This document shows positions 46,201 to 54,529 of a stretch of 64,000 nucleotides of DNA, piece after piece; the first letter of the stretch is position 1; every line of letters begins with the position of its first letter. A program made the translations under genes and the position numbers. Location: the IMG/VR virus record IMGVR_UViG_3300045988_132745, positions 32,001-96,000 of that record; one strand, given 5' to 3'. Source of the stretch: a virus. Below the pieces are notes generated by a model. It was not told where the DNA came from. It worked only from the letters and a program-made list of their open reading frames with translations, and made no database searches.

Positions 46201-48397
46201 TTGTCTGCTGACGAATCTCTACTACTCGGCCACACTCGCTATAAACGTCAATGTGGCGGCATTGTGGGGAGAGTACAAGCGCGACATGAAGAGTATGGAG
46301 AGCAAGTACACCGAGATAAGCAATACCGTTAACGGAATACCTATCAAGACCGATACCGACCTGACTAAATACACCTCGAAGATAGAGCAGTCGGCAAGAA
46401 ATATATCTCTTAAAGTTGGCGAGACCGTTGTGGGCAGACACAATCTGCTTACGGGCAGCGCATTCGAGAAGAAAACTGACTATTGGACAGGCAACGATGC
46501 GTATACGCCCTATATCTCGGTGCTTAACAACTATAATGGCTACAACTCGGTTGTGATAGAGGGTAAGAGCGGAGGCAACCGTGGCGTAGATTTTATACGT
46601 GTTAAGGTGAAGGAGGCTCGCAAGTATGTTGTTAGCGCAATGCTCAAATGTAGTGGAGCGGTAAGCGAAGGAGACTTTAATGCGTACATCTTACAACGCG
46701 ACGGTAGTATGGTCGAATTAAACAAGAACCTTTTCATACCGTTATCGGTGGCTAAGAACATGGTAGCTAACGAGTGGATGCTTGGAGTAGAGACCTTGAC
46801 GCTTGATGCCAACACGGTGTTCATCGATTGTGTATTCCTCTATTACGGCACCAAGACAGCCTATATTGCTTGTCCGCAGATAGCCGAGGGTGAAGAATAT
46901 GCAGGATATACGCTATCGGAACAAGACCGCGGCTATATTGGCGGCAACCTGCTAATCAATAGCGACACATTGGTTAAGCCAGAGACCTTGTCTATATACA
47001 ACTCCGACCCTCTTGTAGTAGACGATACGCACACAACCTTGCTGCAAAATGATGATGCAGACAAGTACGGCAGCTATGCTACACTGTATACTGACGCTAC
47101 ATCTGCCGAAATAGACACTATACGTTGGAACCTGGATGGCATGAACATCATTAAGCAGGGGCAGATGTATATGTTGTCATTTGTCGCAAAGGGTACTGGA
47201 ATGTATTATGCCTTCTTGTACAACGACGGTACTTCTTCTATCGCTACCGAGGCGAGCGGATTCACAGCTGGCAATACGAGTTCGGGCGGCGGTGCAGCTA
47301 TTGCATTATCATCGACATGGCAACGATATTTTGTGTTTTGGCGAGTTGTAGGCGACAAGTTGCCTATATACGTATTGTTCCGCGCCATGAAAGGTAGCAA
47401 GCTGTATCTCTCACAACCAAAATTGGAATATGGTGCTACAGTAACTGAGTATCGTGCCGAGAAGACTGGCTACGTTGAAGACAAGTCGATAGCTGGCAGT
47501 CTGCTTGATGCGGGCATTGACATCAACAGCAAAGAAATAATGCTCACGGCAGACAAGACGACCTTCAGGACTACCAAAGGCACTAAGGTAGCTATGTTCG
47601 ACGAGGACGGACTGAACGCTCAACTTGTGAGAGCACAGCGTCTACAAACCAAAGGTAAGAACGGATTAGAGGTAAGAATAGAGGATGGCATGGTGCAAAT
47701 CTTCGGCGCAGCTGGTGTGGCTAATATCCGCTTCGGTCTTGACGATAATGGATATGCCACACTTGGCTATTACGACAACCACGGCAACCTGTTGTACGAT
47801 CTTGGTCCGAAGGGCGTGGCATCGCTCAGCCTCTCAAAGGCATCGTTGACAAGAGCTATGTATATAGACCTTGTTGCCGCTGGACTTACAACTCCTTATT
47901 ACAGCAAGAAGGATGGCTACAACTGGATAAGCGATGCCAATAACAACAAGGTATTTGGAGTGTTTGCCGTGGCTGACAGATACGTAAGAGACAACCTTGG
48001 TGTTAGTGAGGGCATAGAGTTGTACCAATATCGCGCGCCTTCCATTAATGGAGAGATTGCTGCTGACAGCGTATACAATCTGACCAAGGCACAGGCAGAG
48101 AAGGCTAACGGTTGTTACTTCACAAGCAATCAGATACAGGTTATTGGCGACAACTTCCTTAATATAGCCAAGGGCGCGTATCTGCCTTGGGACACCCAAA
48201 CAGTGGATAACACTAAGTATAGACTACCAGGAGGTACGAAGGTGCCGAAACTGTTGGTTAGAATGTTTATAACGCAATCACTACTGGGAACAACGCCTGT
48301 AGTGAACTTTGAGACAGTGTATGGCGGAGGCGTATACACGTTTCCTGGAAACGGCACTGACTTGAATGCTGACTTGAATACATATGTAAGGAAATAG
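43223..48397 (+). CDS. Giant tail fibre / host-interaction protein with a collagen-like segment
   Basis: 1724 aa. G-X-Y run GKDGDKGEPGTPGDPGKPGEPGADGQD around nt 45820-45900. Confidence 0.65.
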   Translation: MTQATTKDYWISPSALHIELNALGYPDYIQASCVSGAQILVYVKDIIGFDAGHNYRRWPLQAAATVFNTHTEKYVYVAIPRDMTLTASAWIVFPSEQIDIYGKNEKEEQIGDEKFYYIFLQGIITSSGDNGTVQRDWKKGGRIVYGYLSSDEAISAIPNESEWYNYSSVDGIVTFLKDITMKAGTKFRQLFANVLTIVSGGKIAFEGQGEVNGVAIDSTSLDSVDKIVTPNYLDNKALSKVHEDVAKKVITFMEGLTVGMDKKKGIDAKGNAVLGDVVLDRVRDPHSTEADRTIIGAQGFDLYMGEDGKSHMYIDYLTTRVKMFAASAEVRKVSYSGGTTIFSNAGSTIIKVAYIFDASGSKVIAYKCYAAADDGTTRTMNWWHVGMMALCQTFNVKAGETENLANRYYWRMVVGVGQETLEDGKLYDYVMLSNMATFVGGDNVIPSYCSKLIAKKKVALKWGNIAVMVAQQDGMMSIAQLFAEQEGGRTQDDDKNEIASRVFYGYDEGSVAPLAGDVIVNVGDQIRWNSRGNVIKLTTSTEDNSADTAPSITMYHGIGALWETGKVDAGKQPVRNPYQWKTVTCVISPELTMFNTERFKWFSGTPDNLIDPITVMWEIVPTSSSIVRHVSNRTTTPTDITFTLVKHTGSKAETIAAENVVFKATIEYQNGNKLNNAPFKNLSSLASLYDMKSVKVDAYLKEEIKGTDGQTEMKQTLVKSTNVIVTSDGKEGSSGRGIVSVNTFYALGDNITTSPVDAEYKYDTLSAVVIKNNADKYVWSADKVTYSNNTTELTGKYCVGKCADLTSVTEMWGISNSATVKPTVWSDIYPDETKLTPGTYIWSRDEIVWLDGTKTYSEAQLVGYVGKDGDKGEPGTPGDPGKPGEPGADGQDAIQVDFLPTALTVEANSDSSGNAVVDCSSGNITAEILVRSGSKSVMSACDKIEIASVDGCTAEVVRTDVNTAKVRINSVSYTTIDGKRISWTTASVTVRVHCLLTNLYYSATLAINVNVAALWGEYKRDMKSMESKYTEISNTVNGIPIKTDTDLTKYTSKIEQSARNISLKVGETVVGRHNLLTGSAFEKKTDYWTGNDAYTPYISVLNNYNGYNSVVIEGKSGGNRGVDFIRVKVKEARKYVVSAMLKCSGAVSEGDFNAYILQRDGSMVELNKNLFIPLSVAKNMVANEWMLGVETLTLDANTVFIDCVFLYYGTKTAYIACPQIAEGEEYAGYTLSEQDRGYIGGNLLINSDTLVKPETLSIYNSDPLVVDDTHTTLLQNDDADKYGSYATLYTDATSAEIDTIRWNLDGMNIIKQGQMYMLSFVAKGTGMYYAFLYNDGTSSIATEASGFTAGNTSSGGGAAIALSSTWQRYFVFWRVVGDKLPIYVLFRAMKGSKLYLSQPKLEYGATVTEYRAEKTGYVEDKSIAGSLLDAGIDINSKEIMLTADKTTFRTTKGTKVAMFDEDGLNAQLVRAQRLQTKGKNGLEVRIEDGMVQIFGAAGVANIRFGLDDNGYATLGYYDNHGNLLYDLGPKGVASLSLSKASLTRAMYIDLVAAGLTTPYYSKKDGYNWISDANNNKVFGVFAVADRYVRDNLGVSEGIELYQYRAPSINGEIAADSVYNLTKAQAEKANGCYFTSNQIQVIGDNFLNIAKGAYLPWDTQTVDNTKYRLPGGTKVPKLLVRMFITQSLLGTTPVVNFETVYGGGVYTFPGNGTDLNADLNTYVRK

Positions 48398-48429
48398 CAC
48401 ACAACAACATCTAAAAATTTAAAATAATT

Positions 48430-50766
48430 ATGGCAGAAAAAACAGAGAAAAGGATTAAGGTGCTGCTTACACCGGGTGGCTCGGAATGGGTGGCGGATAA
48501 GGAGTACAAGAGACTTGACTACATCTCGGACGGCAAGTCCGTGTGGGTGTGCGTCAAGGTGGATGCCGTGTCGGGTGTAAACGTGGGGCATCCGCTAACG
48601 GAGACGGCGTGGTGGAACAAGTGCATCGACCTTAGCGAGGCGGAGAGCCTTGCTGGCGAGGCGACTGCTGCAGCTAACGCTGCCGCGACTACCGCCAACA
48701 ATGCGGCTCAGGCGGCAGAGGATGCCAAGACGGCGGCGGAGGCGGCTGTCTCCGAGGCAAACAAGGCTACGGAAGCTGCCAATACCGCGACATCGGCGGC
48801 ACAGGCTGCCACTGCTGGGGCTAACGACGCTACTGCTGCCGCCGAGAAGGTGAACGCTGTGCTTGGCGATGACAACGTGCTGAAGGTGACGGACAGAAAT
48901 GGAGTCGAGAAATCTTTGGAGCTGGTGTCGCAGGCTGCAGCAACAGAGATAGCGAAGCAGGTGGAGCAGAACACGGCGGACATATCGGGCGTGCAAAAAC
49001 GTCTCGATATGTTCGGTGATGCTTTTGTAGGCTTTGCCCGTGTGTCGGGCGATGCCGACCCGAAACCTTCGCAGACCTACATCTACGGCACACGCCAGCT
49101 GGTGCGCGAGATTGGCAAGCACATGAAGATAGGCACCGTGAAGCGTGTGGGCAACGAAGCTGTGTTGCAGCATGAGGGTGCGCCTGGACGCATAACCAAG
49201 GCAAGCAACGGCGAGGCAATGGCTGTGGATGGCTCGGAGGGTGACTTGTTGGTATATACCGACATTCCTCTGCATCTTATCAAGGCTAACGAGACTGTCG
49301 AAGGACAGGAAATGAGCTGTATGGGCATAGGTGTAGTGCCTTGCTACTGGATGGGCCATGCAGCCAAGCGACTGGAGCCTTTCGCCTTTGCTCCATTCTA
49401 TACTGTCAACGCAAAGATATTCGACGATGAGCGTTCGTGCGCACATTGTATCATCTCTGATGCAGTGGCTGGTACGTCTTTTACGCTTAACGGATTCGTA
49501 CAAGAGACGTTCCGCCCAAATGCAAATGGTTATTACAATGTAGGTGTCTCGTCATTGGGATCGATACATAATGCACAGGCTAAGAACGCCGACTCTAACA
49601 CCAACCGTCCGTACATGGGAGGCTACTATGAGTTCTACGAGCTGTGGATGACGATGATGTACATTGAGTGCGGCACGCTCAACACTACCGACCTCTACAG
49701 CATGGGTGTAGGTCTGACTACAGCCCACTCGGCAACAGCCGACACTTGGAACAACGAGCGCATTGCTGCAAACTCGGGCATAAAGATGATAGCGGCAGAC
49801 GGCACGGTGGCAGGTTATGGTGCACTGATGTCGAAGAGCATGCGCAAGGGTGCAGACGGTAAGGTGGACTATAACCTCTCGGCAGTAGTGGGTAACGGAT
49901 ATTACAGCGCGACTAAGTGCGGAGAGGCATTGATGGTGCTCGACGGCATAACTAAGGCAGGATTGCAGAGTAAGGTAGGCTTGTCTACTAATGTGTTCTA
50001 TTTTGACGAGACGAACAATCTGGTATGCTCTACATCTATCAATCTTGACACAGGCGAGGGCATGACCCCCAACAAGCGATACTTCGTTGTGCGCGACGTG
50101 CCTAACTGTCAGGGTATCGGCGAGGGAGTGCTCACGGCTGTAATAAATACTTATGTCAAGTTCTCGGTAGCCGACGGTATATATACAGACAGTACCGACC
50201 TTACGGGAGGCACGGTAATATACAAGTTCTCGCATTCGGTGTACCGTGGCATGAGTATTCCTATGGACGGTGCATTCATGCAGCTATGTGGCGCACATTA
50301 TATGTCTGGACGTACAGCTGAAGATACTGTCTACGGCAAGTTCTGTTGTGCCGAGAAATGGCAGGACATGGCACCGTTGACAAACGACACTGCCTATGGC
50401 GATATTGGCACTGAGTTCAACATTCTAAAGGGATTGAACAACGTAAAAAGCGTAAGTGGTAACGCAGGATGGGTAAGCAAGGCCGACTATTCTCTGTCGC
50501 TGTTCTGCTTTACCGAGCACAGCGGCGGTATGCACACTAAGGAGTGCCGCTTTACTTGGAACGGTAATACACTATGGGGCTATGGTGATAGCAATACAGG
50601 TTTGCCCGCTACAGGTAAGGAAGGCGTAAAGGCTCTGGTTGTCGGGTGCAATGCGAACTGTGGCACTGCGTCGGCTTGTACCGCTATTTGCTACTCTGGC
50701 GTTAGCAATGGCGATTGGTATTACGCTGGGGCTTTGGCTGTCCCTCAGCTTAAATTCAAGCAATAA
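48430..50766 (+). CDS. DGR target protein (fibre-like; Ala-rich coiled coil; C-terminal variable region)
   Basis: 778 aa. The last 45 codons or so contain the VR that matches the downstream TR. Confidence 0.8.
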   Translation: MAEKTEKRIKVLLTPGGSEWVADKEYKRLDYISDGKSVWVCVKVDAVSGVNVGHPLTETAWWNKCIDLSEAESLAGEATAAANAAATTANNAAQAAEDAKTAAEAAVSEANKATEAANTATSAAQAATAGANDATAAAEKVNAVLGDDNVLKVTDRNGVEKSLELVSQAAATEIAKQVEQNTADISGVQKRLDMFGDAFVGFARVSGDADPKPSQTYIYGTRQLVREIGKHMKIGTVKRVGNEAVLQHEGAPGRITKASNGEAMAVDGSEGDLLVYTDIPLHLIKANETVEGQEMSCMGIGVVPCYWMGHAAKRLEPFAFAPFYTVNAKIFDDERSCAHCIISDAVAGTSFTLNGFVQETFRPNANGYYNVGVSSLGSIHNAQAKNADSNTNRPYMGGYYEFYELWMTMMYIECGTLNTTDLYSMGVGLTTAHSATADTWNNERIAANSGIKMIAADGTVAGYGALMSKSMRKGADGKVDYNLSAVVGNGYYSATKCGEALMVLDGITKAGLQSKVGLSTNVFYFDETNNLVCSTSINLDTGEGMTPNKRYFVVRDVPNCQGIGEGVLTAVINTYVKFSVADGIYTDSTDLTGGTVIYKFSHSVYRGMSIPMDGAFMQLCGAHYMSGRTAEDTVYGKFCCAEKWQDMAPLTNDTAYGDIGTEFNILKGLNNVKSVSGNAGWVSKADYSLSLFCFTEHSGGMHTKECRFTWNGNTLWGYGDSNTGLPATGKEGVKALVVGCNANCGTASACTAICYSGVSNGDWYYAGALAVPQLKFKQ
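50631..50748 (+). repeat. DGR variable region (VR)
   Basis: Aligns without gaps to 51117-51234 (offset 486). 12 of the 13 differences are at TR adenines. Confidence 0.85.
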
Positions 50767-50833
50767 AAAGGCAGCAAAAACAAAAAGCTGTCGGCCGTTA
50801 GACAACAAGCCTTGAGCGACGCCAACCAGCTGA

Positions 50834-50857
50834 GGGGCGGCGGCTGTTAGCCGCCCC
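50834..50857 (+). other. GC-rich hairpin downstream of the VR
   Basis: GGGGCGGC-GGCTGTTA-GCCGCCCC, nested in CCAGCT..AGCTGG. Confidence 0.6.
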
Positions 50858-50925
50858 GACTGGCGCCTTGTGGAGCTGGCAAATAATCAATAAACTTCAA
50901 GTATTTCTCAAAAAACAAAAATATT

Positions 50926-52794
50926 ATGACTCTCATCGAACAGAAAAATATCGACACAACGAAGCAGCCATCATCGGAGAATGGGGTGATGTACGGCTGT
51001 CCGGTGGGTGCGTCTTGTCATGAAGCACACGGTAAGCTCTCTCCTGCGGTGGACGGCAATGTGCCGACCGAGCCGTGTGTGACGGTTGACAAAGACAAAA
51101 GCGTGGGTAAGGAAAAGGCTCTCGTTGTCGGGTGCAATGCGAACAATGGCAATGCGTCGGCTTGTACCGCTAATTGCAACAATGGCGTTAGCAATGACAA
51201 TTGGAATTACGCTGGGGCTTTGGCTGTCAATCAGGTAGAAGATAGCAGGAAACACCTTACAACGCGACCAACAAGGTTAAACATAGCGAACACCCATACC
51301 GCCACTGGTGGGTATGGATTGGTAGACTGCCGCTCATTGCCGTTTTGGAGCGAGAGCACGGAGGCAGACGGCACTATCGGGAATGGTGCCAAACCGATGA
51401 AGGCTACCCATGAGGGAAATATCCTCGATGAATTGAAGACAGCGAATCATAAGAAGAAGCTGAGAAACTTGAAGAGATTTTTGACAGACCCTGTGATTGT
51501 GCGCATGGGTGTAGACAGATGTCTGGAGAGGGCAAGCGACTCGCCCGAAGTGCGCAATATTGAAAACAACAAGGAATACGTAATACAGCGCATAATACGT
51601 GAGCTGACCGACGAGACCTACAGATGTCAGCCTACCGTGCGTCGCATTATCGAGAAGAAAGGCAAGGGCGACAAGAATCGCAATGCCGACATATACACGG
51701 TGTATGACAGATGTGTGCAAAACGTGCTGCTGATAGTAATAAAGGAGAAGCTAACAAACATCATTTCGCCTTATTGCTATTCGGGCATTGAAGGCAGAAG
51801 CCTGTGGAGCAACGACAAGCGCGGGTGTATGGTGAACCGAATACGTACATACGTAAAGAACCATCCCGATGCGAGCGCAGGATTGACGGACATACGTCAT
51901 TTCTACGAGACGCTAAAATCGAAGGTGGTGCTTGGTGTGGTGTTCGAAACTATCACTTGCCCGTTTACACGCCGATTGCTGTGCGACATACTATTGCAGC
52001 ACGACACGCTCGTTATTGGAGGTACGCTGTCGCAGATTCTCGCTATGCTTACGTTGACGGAGATGGATAACGAATTGACAAGACGCTTTAAACCGCAATT
52101 CTATGGTGGCTTTGGTGACAATCGTATCATCATGGACGATGATAGAGAGAAGGTGTTGAAAGCCGTGCATTGGGAAAGGAGTTATCTTGAAGGTAGGTAT
52201 GGCATGGAGATGAAGGGCGACTATCAGGTGGTGAGAGTGAAGAATGGCTTTATGTTTTGCAAACAGCACTTTAAAGGGTCGTTTGTGAACGTTAGGTCGG
52301 AGCTTAGGCGTAGGGCTATACGTGCAGCAGGCAGAGGCAGGCAGAACTATGCCGGCTATCACGGAATGTTGATGAAGACGGACAGCAGAAGACTGATACA
52401 ACTTATAAGAAATGATATTAGACGATTAAAAAGAATGAAGAATCAAAAAGGAATGTCGGTACGCCCTATGGTTGGCGACAATATCAAACTGGATAAGGTA
52501 GAGGGTATGCAGATTGTCATTACAGACTATTCGGTACGCCAGAACCATAAGGACAGCGAGTTCTTCGTTCGCTTTCAGTTTGTGGCAATAGGCGACGATG
52601 GTAGCAAGCATCTGTTTGTCACCAACAACGGCAGCTACGAGATAAAGGAGTTCTTCAAACTGGCTGAGGAAGGCAAAGTGAAAATTCCGTTGAAAACGAA
52701 GATATGCGCAGAGGGCAAGTCGTTTTACTTCGAGGGGTATCACACTACGAGTCAGGAGGCATGCGAACTGATATGCGCTAAGTTGGGAATATAG
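50926..52794 (+). CDS. DGR reverse transcriptase (the ORF as drawn includes the TR; alternative start ATG 51397)
   Basis: RT motifs RRIIEKKGKGDKNR, YSGIEGRS and the DGR-type IGGTLSQ. The catalytic hairpin reads GGFGDNRIIMDDD. About 120 extra C-terminal aa. Confidence 0.8.
   Translation: MTLIEQKNIDTTKQPSSENGVMYGCPVGASCHEAHGKLSPAVDGNVPTEPCVTVDKDKSVGKEKALVVGCNANNGNASACTANCNNGVSNDNWNYAGALAVNQVEDSRKHLTTRPTRLNIANTHTATGGYGLVDCRSLPFWSESTEADGTIGNGAKPMKATHEGNILDELKTANHKKKLRNLKRFLTDPVIVRMGVDRCLERASDSPEVRNIENNKEYVIQRIIRELTDETYRCQPTVRRIIEKKGKGDKNRNADIYTVYDRCVQNVLLIVIKEKLTNIISPYCYSGIEGRSLWSNDKRGCMVNRIRTYVKNHPDASAGLTDIRHFYETLKSKVVLGVVFETITCPFTRRLLCDILLQHDTLVIGGTLSQILAMLTLTEMDNELTRRFKPQFYGGFGDNRIIMDDDREKVLKAVHWERSYLEGRYGMEMKGDYQVVRVKNGFMFCKQHFKGSFVNVRSELRRRAIRAAGRGRQNYAGYHGMLMKTDSRRLIQLIRNDIRRLKRMKNQKGMSVRPMVGDNIKLDKVEGMQIVITDYSVRQNHKDSEFFVRFQFVAIGDDGSKHLFVTNNGSYEIKEFFKLAEEGKVKIPLKTKICAEGKSFYFEGYHTTSQEACELICAKLGI
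51117..51234 (+). repeat. DGR template region (TR)
   Basis: Invariant copy carrying AAT/AAC at the codons that vary in the VR. Confidence 0.85.
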
Positions 52795-52876
52795 AGTTGG
52801 GAATTAGGAGTTAGGAGTTAGGAATTGATCGCCTATGGCGATTTTGAGTTATTGAATTTTGAATTGAGAATTAAGA
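52795..52876. repeat. Intergenic element: AGTTAGG / TTGAATT heptads around an ATCGCC-TAT-GGCGAT hairpin (family 2)
   Basis: Read directly from the sequence. Related in reverse complement to 36186-36255. Confidence 0.5.
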
Positions 52877-52891
52877 ATATAAAATTTTATT

Positions 52892-53485
52892 ATGGAAATG
52901 ACAAGAATGATTTTTGAGCAGAAGCAGCCGAAGGTGGTTGTCTGCAAAAGTGGCAGGGCTATGATTGCTCTTAACGAGCAGGTAGTGAAGTCTGTGGAGA
53001 GTGTACCTGTGGGTATGACCGAGGAGGGTGAAATGCGCTACGAGGAGCGAGAGAAGGAACAGTATGCGTATGATGTGTGCTGGCTTGAGAATGTTGGTAC
53101 AGAAGCCGACGTGCTCAACTCGGCTAAAGCGGCTGTGCTCGCCGCTATTGAAGCCTACGACACTTCATCTGCTGTCAACGGCTTTATCCTCAACGGACAG
53201 CGTGTTTGGCTCGACAAGGCGACACGTGTAGGTCTGATGAACTCTACCACTATCGCTAAGGCTATGGGACAGCCTACTACTACACTGTGGTTGGGCGATG
53301 TGAAGCTGGTAGTGGAGTGCGACAAGGCTATACAGCTGCTCTCGGCACTGGAGATGTATGCCCTGGAGTGCTTTAACGTTACGGCTGCGCACAAGAAGGC
53401 TGTAGCGGAAATGAGCACGGTGGAGAGTGTACTGGGGTATGACTATACGAAGGGGTACCCGAAGGTGCTGGAAATGAGAGTTTAA
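52892..53485 (+). CDS. Hypothetical protein downstream of the RT
   Basis: 197-aa ORF. No family verified. Confidence 0.5.
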   Translation: MEMTRMIFEQKQPKVVVCKSGRAMIALNEQVVKSVESVPVGMTEEGEMRYEEREKEQYAYDVCWLENVGTEADVLNSAKAAVLAAIEAYDTSSAVNGFILNGQRVWLDKATRVGLMNSTTIAKAMGQPTTTLWLGDVKLVVECDKAIQLLSALEMYALECFNVTAAHKKAVAEMSTVESVLGYDYTKGYPKVLEMRV

Positions 53486-53638
53486 GTGAAAAGTGAAGAG
53501 TGAAAAATCCATGTGCTTTTGCTTCTTGCGAGGATTTTGCGCTCTTTTAACTATCGGATTCTTCACTCTTCGTTCTTCACTCTTCACTTTAAAAAGCTAT
53601 TGGATTTTTCCCTTTTCACTTTTAACTTTTAACTTTAA
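53485..53638. repeat. Family-1 intergenic element: long inverted repeat of GTGAARA heptads, plus an inverted AAAAATCCAATAG box
   Basis: Arms at 53485-53510 and 53556-53589, then CTATTGGATTTTTCCCTTTTCAC at 53597-53619. Confidence 0.7.
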
Positions 53639-53642
53639 GAAT

Positions 53643-54125
53643 ATGGTAGTATTGAGTTTTATTGCGGCATTGCTGATGTTTGCGATGCTGTGTTTAGTGA
53701 TAGATGATAAAAAGGAGACACCTGAGATGATGAGCAGTATCTACTACATGCTTGGCAAGAGAGGTTGGGTGTTTCAACTGGTGATGATACTGTTCGGCAT
53801 GCTGATGATGATATGCCTGTTAGACAGCGGATTTGGCGAGCAATGCCTGGCGTTCATTGCTTGTGCCGGACTGATGTTCGTGGGAGCTGCGCCAAGGTTT
53901 CTGGAGCAAGGCGAGAGAGCTGTGCATAAAGGAGCTGCTATCGTGTCGGCTGTGGCGAGTGTAGGCTGGTGCTTGACGGTGGACTGGAGAATGGTGCTTG
54001 CTTTCTTGACTTGGTACGGCGTGTATTGGGTAGGCAGAAACAAGGACAGCAAGCCTTGGTTAACGGCTGAGTTTACGGCTATATTGTTGGTTATGGTGAC
54101 GTACTGGTGTAATGTATTGGTGTAA
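53643..54125 (+). CDS. Membrane protein (about 4-5 TM)
   Basis: Start at MVVLSF. The longer ORF would translate the repeat element. Confidence 0.5.
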   Translation: MVVLSFIAALLMFAMLCLVIDDKKETPEMMSSIYYMLGKRGWVFQLVMILFGMLMMICLLDSGFGEQCLAFIACAGLMFVGAAPRFLEQGERAVHKGAAIVSAVASVGWCLTVDWRMVLAFLTWYGVYWVGRNKDSKPWLTAEFTAILLVMVTYWCNVLV

Positions 54126-54148
54126 CATGTAAAAAACAAAATTGAATT

Positions 54149-54424
54149 ATGGCAACTATTGATACTATAGATGTGCTGAGCTTGCCCACAACGGACAAGG
54201 TGCAGACGGGTGACACGTTGCTCTTGATACGTCCTAAAGCGGATGGCACACAAGAATGCTATCGTGTCGAGGGTAAAGACTTCAGAGGCGAGGACGCTTA
54301 TGATGTGGCCAAGGCGGGAGGATATACTGGCACGAGGGGAGAATGGGAGGAACAGATCAGGCGAGTGAGCAAAGTGGACGTAGGGTTTGACGCAGAAGAA
54401 GGCTCGCTTGTGATTAGCTATTAA
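54149..54424 (+). CDS. Small protein sharing a C-terminal motif with 54530..55570
   Basis: VDVGFDAEEGSLVISY compared with VNVDFDVERGELVIVSE. Confidence 0.5.
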   Translation: MATIDTIDVLSLPTTDKVQTGDTLLLIRPKADGTQECYRVEGKDFRGEDAYDVAKAGGYTGTRGEWEEQIRRVSKVDVGFDAEEGSLVISY

Positions 54425-54509
54425 GTGAAAAACGAAGAGTGAAAAGTTAAAAATCCAATAGTTAAGAGAGCATATGGATTTTTCACTCTTCACTTTTCAC
54501 TCTTCACTT
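54423..54509. repeat. Family-1 intergenic element: 35-nt imperfect inverted repeat
   Basis: AAGTGAAAAACGAAGAGTGAAAAGTTAAAAATCCA pairs with TGGATTTTTCACTCTTCACTTTTCACTCTTCACTT, about 30 of 35 positions. Confidence 0.75.
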
Positions 54510-54529
54510 AACCTTTAAAACATAACGAT

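Larger units (their letters stand above)
50631..52794 (+). mobile_element. Diversity-generating retroelement cassette (VR - hairpin - TR - RT)
   Basis: See the VR, TR and RT features. Confidence 0.85.

Noticed and set aside
50572-51255. Minus-strand ORFs across the VR and TR (50572..50808, 50971..51255, 51018..51200)
   Set aside because: They appear twice only because the VR and TR are repeats. They are antisense to the target and RT frames and have no independent support.
52797-52830. GGA-repeat (AGGAGTTAGGAGTTAGGA) as a CsrA/Rsm-type sponge
   Set aside because: Bacteroidetes are not known to use CsrA, and the motif is better explained as one member of the heptad-repeat spacer families.
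52892-53485. Avd accessory protein of the DGR
   Set aside because: At 197 aa it is too long, it is not obviously a basic four-helix bundle, and it lies downstream of the RT rather than between the target and the TR. No motif evidence.
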